This document shows, piece after piece, positions 46,988 through 59,670 of a DNA stretch of 64,000 nucleotides. This DNA comes from Tubulanus polymorphus (Eukaryota > Animalia > Nemertea), in assembly GCF_964204645.1 (NCBI RefSeq), contig NC_134031.1, positions 6,138,001-6,202,000 on the forward strand, given 5' to 3'. Within the stretch, counting starts at the first letter, position 1. Each line of letters begins with the position of its first letter. Below the pieces are notes generated by a model. It saw only the letters and a program-made list of their open reading frames with translations. It was not told the origin of the DNA and did no database searches. Position numbers and translations under genes: made by a program.

Positions 46988-49900
46988 ATGGAGCACAAGG
47001 CTGAAGAAAACTGCGGAGATTCCGACGGCAAATGCAATAGATCCTCCGACGATGAATTGGTTCATTTTTATGTTCAGACACGTTTAAGCGTCAAAACGTG
47101 GTTTACCGATTTACTCGCCGAATCATGTCTTGACGTGACATCATTCTTGAAACAATTACTACAAGCTTATATAGAGATTAAGCGACGCAGGTATGCTATG
47201 ACCCAGGTTATGGTGTCGAATTGGCGCTCTTCTGAGGATCTTTCAATTTGAAGTATAATAGCCAGGGGGCAGTAGTTGCTCAGAAGTTGGTTAGAGTTAA
47301 CCCGTGGATAGTTGTAAGTGACAATTAAAAGTTCATTGTTACTATGTTATCTTTAACGAACCTTTGAGCAACTGGCTCCAGAAATCCTGATTTATTCGAT
47401 TTAACCAAACCCTAAGGATAAGCAGCGCATGGCGAAATATTTTCTGGACTTACTAAGCTTCTCAAACACAAGCGGCTGTCGCAAGTTATTAAACTGCTCT
47501 GAATATTTGGTTTTCGCCTCACATGCTGCGTGTATCACTCTTAGATCAATATTTTGGCCAATATTTCAATATGAAAAACTTATTCATTTTACAGGAATAT
47601 GACAAAAGAAGTGCTAAGCTTTTTCAGACCCTATTGACTATTGAGCCTAAAGGTCCCAGTTTCACAAAGATGGAATTAACTCCTAAATTGATTTGACATT
47701 AACTGAATTAATGAAGAAATTGACTCTTTTTAAGTTTTTGTGAAACTGAACCGAGGTGCTCAACATGCAGATTATAATTTTAGTTAAAGGAAATTGAACA
47801 GTGACAGCCATACTTCATTCAGTATTATCATTCTGGTGTACTAATCACTACTTCCTTGTGTACAATAACATATGAGCATGAGTAGACCTATTTCGCGCCC
47901 TGGAGTCATCTATAAATTCCTGGTTGGAGAAAATGCAACAAGAATAGTTGTCTTGCCCAGGGACAGTACAATACCACGCAGCCCAAAACCTAGTCAGTAA
48001 CCTGAGGTGGACCTAGAGGGCTAATTTTGAAGAATTTGTCAAAGCCGCCCAAATGGTACTTTGATGTCCAAAAAAGCAATATGAAGCATACCCTGCACTG
48101 GAATGCACCAATTATCTTTGTTGACAAAATGAAATGGGCACTAAAAAATATCTGATGGACTTGTACAATCTTGCAAGTCCCCCAGGGTCTGCCCCTGGTA
48201 ACCAGGCTGTGGTTTAGTTACACGATCGGATATATTACAGCCTATCTGATATGAAAGCTTGCCACCAACGATTAGGTAGGCTAACTAACAACTCAAAACC
48301 TGGCATCTCAGAGTATGAATCATTTGACCACATGGAACATCATCTATTAGCTGTATGTATTTTTCAGAAATCGACTAAAGAATGATGTTGCGGTGAACAC
48401 TGAAAGAAGTGGTAACGTCATGTTGCCTCTGAGTCAAGATGAGTGTTCGAAGAATAACCATCGCATCTCGTCATCGACAGAAGTTGGTCGCGAAATCTAT
48501 AAATTGAAACGATTAACGAGACCGACCGTAGGTGTGCGAGGTAGATCTGTGAAACCAGTAGTCGAGGATCACGAACTGTCGGTTGAAACTATGAAGCGTG
48601 CAAACAATGAAATGCATAAAAAATCAACTCGGTTGAAAGAAAAAAAGTTAAATCGATTTCATGAAATACATGCAATGAAGAATGTCAATGACGTTTGCAA
48701 TGGTGATGCCGATGATTTTAGATTAAAGGAAAAGGTATTTTCTGGTGATGGTGGTGATCATAACCAAGATGGCGATATTGTTAATGCTGTAAATGGTAGC
48801 TATGATGAGTCTACTAGTAATACCAGCAACGTTGAGGTTCAGAAACAAACTCAAACTCCGGTTAGATTCGAGGGTAGGAAGTTGAGAAGTCGTAATCGCG
48901 AAACTACTGCCGGAAACTGTAAAAAGCCTTCTGAAAATGGCGAAAATTTAGAGTCAGATAAATGTATAGATTGCGGAGTCGAGGTCGTGCAATCAAATGC
49001 AGAACACGAAAATGTACAAAATCTCGATGAATCGACGGAATATCGATGTTCATCATGCGCGAAATCTGCGTTATCGACGCGCGATACCGACCACGGTCAG
49101 TGTTCGTATTGCGATTTCAAAGCGAAGTGGAAAAAAGATGTTCGAAAACACGTGAACGTCGTTCACCCGGAACGAGCCGCTGCTGCTGCGAAAAAACCGC
49201 GCGCGAAACTCGTTCACAAATGCGGAATTTGCGATGAAGAATATCCGACGAAGGCCGTGTTGAACAAGCATCGAATACTACGAAATCACCACGAACAGCG
49301 GCACGTTTGCGATCAGTGCGGCAAACTGTACGCGACGATGCGATATCTGCGCGATCACATATTCGCCGTTCACAACGAGAAGCGGTTGCGATGTCCGTAC
49401 GACGGGTGCGACGTGCGTTTCGCCAAAAAGCCGGCGATGCGGCAACACGTACGTCGCGTGCATTTACGCGTCAAGAAAATCGTCTGCCCGTACGACGGTT
49501 GCGCTTCGCGTTTCAATCAGAACAAAGACCTGAAGCAGCACGTCATCGTGCACCACACGAAAGAGCGTAATTACGCGTGCGAGCACCCGAACTGCGGGAA
49601 GTCGTTCAAAAATCAATACCACCTGACCGTTCATCGTCGCATTCACAGCGACGAGAAGCCGTTGAAGTGTCCGTACTGCGAGTACCGCGGCCGGCAGCGG
49701 AACTCGCTGAACGTACATTTGCGCAAGCACCAGAAAGAAGGCATGGACGTCGCGATACCTCGTTTCGAGGGCACCGGCCGTCGGAAAAAAGGATCGGAAA
49801 TAGAAACGCGTGCGCGTTCGAACGCGGGAGAAAAATCGTCGGACGCAATTTCCGATGGAGCGATAATTCCGCTGAAACCTGTGATTTCATTAGCAGACGG

Positions 49901-50354
49901 CAGTTCGGCTAAACACGATCAGTTGTATCAGCCGACTGAACCGGCTGATAATCGAAACAATCTATTCTTAGAGAATATTCGCAGTAATTTACCCACGTCG
50001 TCTCTATCTGGTACAGTTTTCAACAACGAAATAGAAACTTCGTTGTACAACGTGGGTAAGATGGTCCTCGGCAGCAGCGACAACGGTCTGGCGCCATTAA
50101 TCGTCGGCGCGGATAAGTCGGACGATAATAGGATATTGATGAATTCAGAATCCTATCTACCGGTGGTGCCATCCCAATGCGCCGTCGAGGTAACAACCTG
50201 CGGTATGAATCACAGCAACACGTACGATCCATTACGACATCTAGATGCCGAGCCTGTTTGCATGCCGCAGGTTATCATACAGAATCTCAGCAGTGTTCCT
50301 GTCGGTTACGCCGATATTAGTGAATCTTATACAACTGAATACCACCAAATGTAA
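46988..50354 (+). CDS. C2H2 zinc-finger protein, ZFP91/ZNF653/ZNF692-like, 2 coding exons, 729 aa
   Basis: Exons 46988-47190 (AG|GTATGC) and 48368-50354 (TTTTCAG|) join in frame (2190 nt). Seven tandem C2H2 fingers; the last pair HRRIHSDEKPLKCPYCEYRGRQRNSLNVHLRKH resembles the ZFP91 family (..TGEKPLQCEICG..RQ.ASLNWHMKKH). AATAAA at 50413-50418. Confidence 0.85.
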
Positions 50355-51899
50355 ATGAATCCTCAAGCGTAACGGTATCAATTTACTGTCTGCACTCAGA
50401 TATTTGATGCTGAATAAATCAGCATTCTTTCAATTTTCAGCGTTCCGGATCGAGTTCCACGATTGCGAGTTAAGATTTGATTCAGAGTTAAAACATTGAA
50501 ATTGAACTAATTTTAACTCGGAAGTTAACTTAAACTCACAACTGTGGAAGATATTCTTTAATTTCAAAAGAACTAACAGTAATAACTTGACTGCCACGCT
50601 TTTACGAAGTCTTTGTTTCATAAAGGGTTTGCCAGGCAGGGGGCGAATCCTGAATTGCAAGGGGTGGGCACTTTCTAGCCAAAATTTTTTTAAAACGTTT
50701 ATAAAAACATTTATAGTCTTCAAGTTGCTGTAATGTAGATAATGAGATCAGATGCCCTAAAAAGTCACTAAAATAAGTTCAGACTATTGAAATATTTTGG
50801 ATATTTTCTGGACTCCCCCTATAGACTTTGCGCCATCAGTACTCATTCAGCGGCAGCTATGAAGTATCTAGTTGCCCTTATTTTCTGCACCCCATTGAAG
50901 GAATCCTAGATCTGCCCCTGCCTGCCTGTAGATTTATACCTGTAGTAGCGGTATATATACCGGTACTGGCCATGTTAGAAAAAGCAGGGAACGTATCCAG
51001 TTTAGAATTGTGACTAGACTACTGTATTTCAAAACAAGCGGATTGATAAGCGGAATCTCGCAATGATCAGAAGTTTTATTCCCACAACTATTGTTGATGC
51101 ACTTGAAACTGTAGATCTTTGTAGACTGGCGAATGCCCTGGGGCCAGTCAGTTCCATAGTTAGACTTAACACTAGTCCAAGACCAATTAGGCCTACTTAG
51201 CTCTATAGCCAATCAAACAATTTTTAAGACCACAGTCTTACGATTTAAGACTACTTTTGGATTAAGAGGACGACTCTGGAACCTGTCCCTGCACATGAGA
51301 AAAGGTAATTTTGCTGCTTAAATTGCTCGTGTCAGTGATTTAATCATTGTTGTGCTTTCTTTTAGATTGTGTGTATGGATTTAAAATTATGAACTACGAA
51401 TTTTTATCTAGATTTAATCAGTGTTATATTTATTATTCCTATCTGATCGTATTTATTCAGGTAGGTATTTTCATGACAAAAGATGAATAATGTTTTTTTT
51501 TGGAATAACCCCTTTTTGGGTCAACTACTCCTAGTGCAGTCATTCTGAAGTTTAGATAAGGGATACCCTACTGAAGTTAAAACATTTGGTCAAGAAAGTT
51601 CAAAACTTAGATAGCATTACAATATTTATATGGTTCAATTTGACATAATTATTTTGATGTTTGCTAGTGTCAGAGGTGCTTATTTTATATATTGTAGAGT
51701 TTATGTTGAATATCAAATAAAATTCCATTTTGCTTTTTTGTTTTTAGGTTACTATTAACCATTGTATTCAAATGGATAATAAAAGATTTAATATAAATTG
51801 ACAAAAATGTTTTTATCGCGTCTTTTGAGATCCATATAGAGATAGCATGGGAAATTGAGGACTCGAACCACACGCTATAATTCAGGCGAATTGAGGAGG

Positions 51900-52365
51900 G
51901 CGCGGTTTGAGTAAGGCCAATCAGCGATGAGTTCAGTGAACACACCCGCGGATGAATGAAACGTGATCTATTATTGGCGGGAAAGTTCATTCACAAACAC
52001 TATTTCACACGTGGCCCGCCGTTATTTACATCACGTGATTTACTATATCCGGTTCCGGGTTTCGCGTGTTCCCGTTCGGTTGAATATATTTTGACTGAAC
52101 CTCTCGGCTATAAACAAACATACTTAACAGACATACGGATTAATTCAACTAAATTACGACTTGTAATTAGTCGAATAAACAGTTCAGGTATGTGAAGACA
52201 TCATTTAGGGGTTTATTTCGTGTTTGTTAACGCGTTAAAATGATGAGATATGGTCGGTTGTTGTTAGCCGTTTGTTAATGTTCTTGGTTGGTGTTTTTTT
52301 TTTCGTGTCGGTGTCTGCCCGATCACTATCAGACTTTCGGAGCCGCGGTTGCTTGCATCATCCGT
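51900..52365 (+). promoter_or_regulatory. promoter, non-coding first exon (donor after 52187) and proximal intron of the SLC7A gene
   Basis: CCAAT 51917-51921, E2F-type TTGGCGGGAAA 51974-51984, E-boxes CACGTG 52008-52013 and TCACGTGA 52031-52038, donor CAG|GTATGT at 52187/52188, ATF4-type TTGCATCATCC 52353-52363. Linkage to the SLC7A ATG exon (acceptor 56033) is inferred. Confidence 0.55.
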
Positions 52366-54121
52366 GTGTCTGTTGTTGTAAAAAAGTTTTGTAGTGTGCT
52401 GGTTACTTTGCTTCCTACTGACAAATTCATTGTCATTGATTTTTTTAAACGAATTAGAGAGGGCTACACACTACTTCGTCTTTTCAATTTCATCGTGTTG
52501 TGTTGTGTATAAATAAATGATATGTACGGGCTCAAGTCTCTTGAATTTTACTTACCAATGTCAGGTACAGAAACGTGCTGCAGAGCAGATCTTTTTTTGC
52601 ATTTACTTTCATCAGATGGCTGTACATAGTTGAAGATGTAGCCTATTGCCGTTTTTGTATTTTTATGACAAGTTTCAGTTTAGTAATCCGATAACTAACT
52701 ATGCCATCTAATGGGCTAATCGCAAGACATTGGAATTCCGGTTCTTCATATTCTGAGTGGGGTTCGTTATTGGTCTAGTGTTTTAGGATCTAGGCCTACA
52801 ATTAGGGAGTAAGAGGGTAGGATTTAGCGTATAGAGGTAAAGATTTGGTACATCTAGTAAAAGATTTACTGTAGGGGATGGGGAAATTTGTTGGTGGTTC
52901 TGTACGTGTAGGCTATAGTATAAGTTGAGTAGGCTTACATGTTCTTTAGGAGTCAGTAGGCCCTAAACCCTTGAATGAAAGCTCAAATCAAAGGAGCTGT
53001 CCCTGACCTGATAACCTAGTTTCGATACGGGTACCGGTCCTATAAAAGAAATCAGTGAATGGGGCTCTTATGAACGCTGTAGCAGCATCCCAACTTGACA
53101 GCACGTGAATGGCCCCTGTTGTCACATCCGATTCATATGTTTTAACTAAAATCAAAAATTCATAAAGGCTGTCTTTTCTATTTTTGCTAAAATTCATGAA
53201 GTTTTGGCAGTAAGCTAGTCAATTTAGATATTCCATGCCAGAAAGTCCACTGATTAAAGCATTGTCTTGTATAAGGTTTTATTATGCAGGATGATCAGTG
53301 GTAATTTGGGGGGAGAGGGACAGTGTTAGGCTATGTCATGCAGGGACGGATCCAGGATGTTCAAGGGAAGAACGCTGCTGGTCATCCCTCAGAAACTGTT
53401 GAAAAATTAGTCTATTCGTGATTGCTGAGTATTTTAAAGCAAGGCTTGGTCATCTCACGTAGCTTAGATTTACCCGGTGCTTTGAAATGTAAAATTGAAA
53501 AACCGATAGGCCTAATAAGGAAAAAGGGTCCAAGGGGGGGGGTCTAGCACCCAAAGCACCCCTTGGCTTTGCTCTCATGCAGGCCAATCTAGGCTAATTT
53601 TGGAGGGGGACGGACTCATGTAAGTTTTGAGGAATTTTATCATTGATTCTTCAAAAGAACATTGATCCTGGAATAATCATGGGTAGGCCTGTAGCAAGGA
53701 GATGCATGCATCTGTAATAGTATAGCGTGATGGACCTCCTTCATGGCCTCCTAAATAGGTTGCGTCGGGATATTATTTTTTCGTGGGCGTAATAGAATTT
53801 CGATGGATGATTTGTTCGTCTAGCCTAATACACGAATCAATATGATATGATATGATATTATTTTAGGCGTGCTGGTATATAACGTTCAGCGCGCAGCTGG
53901 CTTCCTACTATCTTATTAAACCATACTGTCTACAGCTGGTAGGCGGTAGAACAGTGCCGACAGTGAAAATACAGCACAACGCATCTACTGTTTTCCCTTG
54001 GTTCTTGCGATTCTTGATGCATGTCAGAATCATCAAAATTCACTTCTAGTTTCTTCCGCTCGTCGGGCAGCATGACCCTTGTGATGTGTCCTGGGCTAAT
54101 TCTTTCTTAGACAATGGCATC

Positions 54122-54361
54122 CAGGGCCAACTTCGGTTTTCGTAGCTAGTCGATTACTGATCGGAACTAATAACCGAACACACTCTAGTTCAGTCGTAAC
54201 GTATTTCACAGTGTCGGCCATCTTGAACCTAGGTCCAAACCGTAGCGACCGTGCTCAATTGCGTGGTCGACCATTTCCACACTATAGTTCCGACTAACGG
54301 ACATTCGGTTTCATGTAGTTCGACTATAGTCGACCAACTCAGATAACCGAAGGTGGCCCTG
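54122..54361. mobile_element. MITE with TIR CAGGGCCAACTTCGGTT; partial copy at about 7735-7870
   Basis: Terminal inverted repeats and shared TAGTTCGACTATAGTCGAC..CTCAGATAACC. Confidence 0.7.
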
Positions 54362-55070
54362 ACCAATATAACCGTCTGTGTTGTGGAGTACCTAGATTCC
54401 TGAACTGGAACTCTTCTGGCTAGCCATTTCGGCGCATCGAAAGATCATGCGAGAAATTGTCTCCTCTTGTTAATTCGCTTTGTTTCGATATTACACGTTG
54501 GTAACAAACGTTTGAAATTTTAGTAACAATTTTCTTCGGCGCGCTAGGTTGACATTGCTCGAACATTTCTAATATAATTTTCACAAAACACCGATGGAGA
54601 GGATGAGAGGCTTTGCGTATTTTTTAACGGGTTGTATTGATAGCTGTAGGCACGATATCGTTTTTAATACAGTACGTGGTAGGATTCTTGGCCTATGTGT
54701 GATTATGTAATTGATCACAGCGTAAACGATGGTAGAGGCTTAAGGTAATGAGGACGATAGTCGGTAAATTGAATTTCGTAATTTCCTACTGAAAAACTTT
54801 CGGGAACGAAGCAACGTTGAAGCGCCGAAGTAGATTTCACTTCTTAGTAAATCCTCGATGGTTAATTCGCTATATATTAATTAAAGACGCACCTGACGAG
54901 TTTTGAAAAGCTTTCCCGTATTTAAAACCATCGATCCAAATCAACGCGCAAGACAAACCGGCGAGGAGGGCAAGAAGTTAAGCGTCGTAGTTAACCACTC
55001 GTCGAGTGGAGTGGGTGCGTGCGAACAATTCTTTTTAGCATTATATAACCGTGAAAAGTACTTGCAATAA

Positions 55071-55488
55071 CAGGGTTTCCAGTGGTCCTTCCAAGTCCTT
55101 CTTTTGGAAAAAGTTTGGACACACATCATCATTGTCCTGCTTTTTTTTTTTAATTCTAAGTCCTTCCTTTCGGTGAAAAAGTCCTTCCAAATTTGATTTT
55201 TATTATTCTGTGGCGTGCAATTTTGTCGCGAATACGACTGTTAGTGTTTTTCATTACCTAGGCCTGTTAATTCAATTGTCAGTAAGATTGGACATTGAGG
55301 TAAATTTGCGAAAATTTTTCCTTGAATGCGTCCTCAATTTAGTGGAAAGTACTTCTTCCTCCAGTCAAAAAGTCCTTTCTTCTGTGTCTAGAATTGCCGA
55401 AAAAGAAGTACTGAAAAAGGACTTCCGAAAAAGAAGTACTGAAAAAGGACTTACACATTTCTTTTTATCCTGGCCCCTGGAAACCCTG
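55071..55488. mobile_element. TIR element with 5-bp TSD (AATAA), hAT5-like; similar architecture at 9788-10060 (TSD CAGAT)
   Basis: AATAA|CAGGGTTTCCAG...CTGGAAACCCTG|AATAA. Confidence 0.75.
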
Positions 55489-56057
55489 AATAATGACAAC
55501 CTTTTTCGTGAATCTAGAAATTTTTGCTGGAGAGTATATTTGGCCATGTTATGACCCGATCTGCATATAAGCCTATGTATTGTGTATATAATTATGCTTG
55601 CGTGGGTCACAGTCAGTATGAATAATCCGTGGTTATTGATATAATAAGGTTATACATGTGACAGTGCATTATACCGATATAGATTAGACTGTCTGACTGA
55701 TAGGTTAGCCTATATTATATATATAATTTTATATCTATATTTTTGAACTCCATCGATCATTTTAGGTTTAGATGCTCGGTTATATCTCTTATCCAGGCGT
55801 TGATATATTTCCCCTTTTGTTTGTCTTTGGACTTCATATTTCTGTTATCCGCGCTGAAAACCGTTTTCGAGTTAGGGGCCCGCAGATAATAATTCAAGTG
55901 GTAAACGATTAGGTTATTTTAGTACTTCAAGCGCGCATGATTCGTGTGACTTATTGTCACGAAACGCACGGTGTCATTTCTCATGATAGCCGATTTTACA
56001 TGATTCATCATTCTCAATTTTTTTTGTCGTCAGAAAAGCCACCCTCCACTACGCAAG

Positions 56058-59000
56058 ATGTCGAAAAATGTTTCGAGCTTCGTCAGTCGTCTTGTACGTC
56101 GTAAATACATCGATTTCTCACGAGTGACCGAGACGAAACTCGCCAGATGTTTGAGCACTTTCGATTTGACGGCTTTAGGTAAGTTGGATTATTTTTGCGA
56201 GGTTTCGTAAGATTATTGATTAGCCTAACCCTTTCAGTGCGTCTACAGTGCAGTGCGGTGTATAAATCAGTGATGGATTTTGCTAGTACACCGCACTGCG
56301 GTGTACTGATGTAATTAGTAATTATCTCTCTTGAAAAATGGCAGCACCTGTCAAACATAGTGAAATATCAGTAACCAACGATACACCGCGCTGTGGTGTA
56401 GACGTACTATAGTGGTATTCCCATTGTTCCACATAATAGGGTGGAATTATTCAAAATTTTCAAATTATCTCCAGCACTATAGGGTATTAATAAATCAGCA
56501 CTGAAAGGGTTTATACGTAGCTCGCATTCAATTTTAACTCTTTTTCATTACAGGTATTGGTAGTACTCTAGGCGCTGGAATATATGTAGTAGCTGGACAG
56601 GTAGCCCGCGAGATCGCCGGTCCGGCGGTTGTTTTGTCTTTCTTGGTCGCGGCGTTAGCTTCGGTATTTGCAGGTCAGTACAGGACGAGATGTTACTACT
56701 CTAGTCCCTGCAAATCCTTGATTCCTTGTAAAATTCCTTCGATTTGGACAATGTTCCTTTAATTTGATAAAAATGTCAGAAACTCGTTTGAAACTCCTTC
56801 AAATAGGCAAGTATCAATTTTAGAAGTTGTACAGTAAATAGACTACACCAAAATCGGTACATTTGAGACACAGGACTTGTTGCCCAATTAGACCATTGCC
56901 AAATTAGAAAGGATAGAAATTAGATGACCCTTTCAGTGCTGACTAATTAATACCCTATAAAGCTGGAGATAATCTAAAAGTTTTGGAAGATTCCACCCTA
57001 GTGTGTTGAATAACAGGAATACCACTATAGTGTGTCTTCACAACAGTGCAGTGTAACGTTAGTTACTGATATTTCACTATGTTTGACAGGCGCTGCTATC
57101 TTTCAATAGAGATAAAAACTAATTTTACATCAATACACCACAGTAAATTGTACTAGCAAAATCTATCACCGATTCAACACCGCATTGCGGTGTAGACGCA
57201 CTGAAAGGGTTGAGAACTACTGAATTAATGGTGTTACTGAGATGATCAGTACCGATTTAGGATTAGTCCACTGTAATGGGGATATGAAATTGATATCATA
57301 TCATAGCATTATTTACCATCAAAGAAGGCCATATAGGCCTGTGTGCAGACAGTGGTTTGGTGCAGACGCTTCCTCGAAATTTGAAATTTTCTCCTTATAT
57401 CCAGGAATGACTGATCTGTAGGCACCCTGAACTATGTATATAGGCGTTTTGTGGTAATAATTTCATGCGGGTCTATCTGATAATATTTCAGGGTTGTGTT
57501 ATGCCGAGTTCGGGGCGCGTGTGCCGAAAACAGGCTCAGCGTACGTGTACAGCTACGTAGCAGTTGGTGAACTGTGGGCTTTTGTGATAGGATGGAATCT
57601 CATATTGGAATACGTTATAGGTAATGCTATTAATTCGTAAAACCTGTGATTAATAATGAAAACTTGAGCACAACCTGTGCTGATTACATTGGTTTTCATT
57701 CAAAAATGATAATTGGGTTTAGAACCATCAATTGATGAAGTAAAATCCCACTATACAGTCAAACCTGCTTAATCCGGATCGGCTTAATCCAGATTTTGGT
57801 CTTATCTTGACGATATTTTCAGTCAATTTGTTCACTATACAAGAAAATGACTTCTGATCCGGATTTTCCGTAAACAGGATGAATTTTGTTGGTCCCAAAT
57901 GATCTGAATTAAGCAGATTCTACTGTATAATGAAAAACTAGATGAGAAATTGATGTTTTGGTCCAATTCTATGGTCCCAAATATTCTGAATTAAGGGGAT
58001 TCTACTGTTTAATGACAATCTAGATGAGGAATTCACGTTTCGGTCCAATACTATGGGCCATTTTATCATGCAGTTACCGTAGGCCTATAACAATACAGCG
58101 GGTAGCGATATTTACTATGTGATACCTGGTAGCTGTGATGATGTAGCGAGCGACGAGTTGATTTTGGGGGGGTCGAGAAACCTCAATTGGAATTTACAAT
58201 GAAATCACAGTTTTTAAGAATGCTAGCCGTCTTATGGATTATATAAATCGGAACAAGGGTAGATTTTTCCCACTTGAGGCACCTTCCCCTTGTTTCCCAA
58301 ACATCAAACGCCCCGTACAGTTTGTCATCGTTAATGATTTTGTGGTGTAGTATATTTTCAATTTACATGATCCATACTATACAATGTAATGTCAGTAATA
58401 CAGTGTAAATGAGGATTAATACAAATAAGTTCATCGTATGGTTATGAAGTATCCAGTGCTAGCCAGCTGGCTGTAGGCCTACTTTGAATTAAGGCACTCG
58501 ACCCTGTGTATGGTGCATGTAACGGGTGCGCAAGGTGTGAGAACAGGGTTATACAGCCATTCCCGCTTCATATCGGATCGGCATAATCCATATTTTGGTC
58601 TAATCCAGACGTTAATTTCAGTCCATTTATTCACGAATATACAAGAAAATAACTTTTTATCTGGATTTCCCGTAAACCAGATGAATTTTGTTGGCCCCCA
58701 AATGATCCGAATTAAGCGGAGTCTACTGTAGTAGCAATAATGATGACGAGAGGAATCCCACAATGATTCAGTCCAAGATGAAAAATTCTTTAATAGAAGA
58801 GACTTTATAAGAGCAACGTTTCGGCTAAACACTTTTAGCCATCATCAGGCGTACTCATCCATCTTACACGTATAGTGTGTACCTTCTCGACTCAGTAATG
58901 ATATTGATAATTGTAATGATAATGATAGTAATTTGCTGTATTTTTATTTGCAGGAACGGCGAGTGTCGCTCGCGCGTGGAGCGGCTATTTCGATTCGCTA

Positions 59001-59109
59001 ATCGACAACCGCATCGGAACTTTCTTCGCGACGAACATGCCGATGAAAATGACGGGTCTCGCTCCGTATCCGGATTTTTTCGCGTTCAGCATCACAATGT
59101 TTTTAACGG
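56058..59109 (+). CDS. SLC7A1/2/3: cationic amino acid transporter (SLC7A1/2/3, slimfast-like), first four coding exons, 3'-partial
   Basis: Exons 56058-56178, 56554-56673, 57492-57620, 58954-59109, all with phase-1 junctions. Peptides [80 protein letters not shown] and YPDFFA. Confidence 0.95.
56229..56509 (+). mobile_element. MITE family A copy
   Basis: Full-length with both TIRs. Confidence 0.85.
56928..57209 (-). mobile_element. MITE family A copy (inverted)
   Basis: Reverse-complement orientation with both TIRs. Confidence 0.85.
57756..57925. mobile_element. Tc1/mariner(pogo)-like MITE, TA TSD; relatives at 58554-58728, 19988-20579, about 41504-41642 and about 19590-19747
   Basis: TA|CAGTCAAACCTGCTTAATCCGGATC...GAATTAAGCAGATTCTACTG|TA. 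Confidence 0.75.
58813..58850 (-). ncRNA. Penelope-type minimal hammerhead motif (canonical core, weak stem I)
   Basis: Minus strand reads GC-CTGATGA-T-GGCTAAA-AGTG-TTTAGCC-GAAA-CG-TT-GC. Confidence 0.6.
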
Positions 59110-59389
59110 GTGAGTACCGATCGTGCGGCCGTGCTTCATATTGCACGTAAGCCTGGCTTTCTCTGTCGTCCGAATGTGCTCGATACGTACATGTGTATTA
59201 TCTCTACAAACCCCGGCATATCTTTTTCTCTTTGTTTATATTTATTCTAATTCGCATTTCCTTCCTTTTCCTGTTCTCGCATTGCTGAAACTAGAGGGTG
59301 GCATTCATTCATTAGTGCAACATTTTTCCTAAGCGATGCGATGCTCATCGACCTATAATATTCTTCTTTCCACTGAAAATGTTTCTTAA

Positions 59390-59670
59390 CCCTTTCAGTG
59401 CTGGCTAGTTAATACCCTATAGTGCTAGAGATAATTTGAAAATTTAAAAAAATTCCACCCAAGTGTGTTTGATAACGGGAATAACACTATAGTGCGTCTA
59501 CACCGCGGCACGGTATATCGTTAGTTACTAGTATTTCACTATGTTAGACAGGTGCTGCCATTTTTCAAGAGAGATAATTACTAATTACATCAATACACCG
59601 CAGTGCGGTGTACTAGCAAAATCTATCACTGATTTATATACCGCAATGCAGTGTAGACGCACTGAAAGGG
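59390..59670 (-). mobile_element. MITE family A copy (inverted) with TTAA TSD
   Basis: TTAA on both sides; both TIRs present. Confidence 0.88.

Noticed and set aside
56083-56358. Similar ORFs at 56083-56358 and 59541-59903 suggesting a gene family
   Set aside because: Both are translations of MITE family A.
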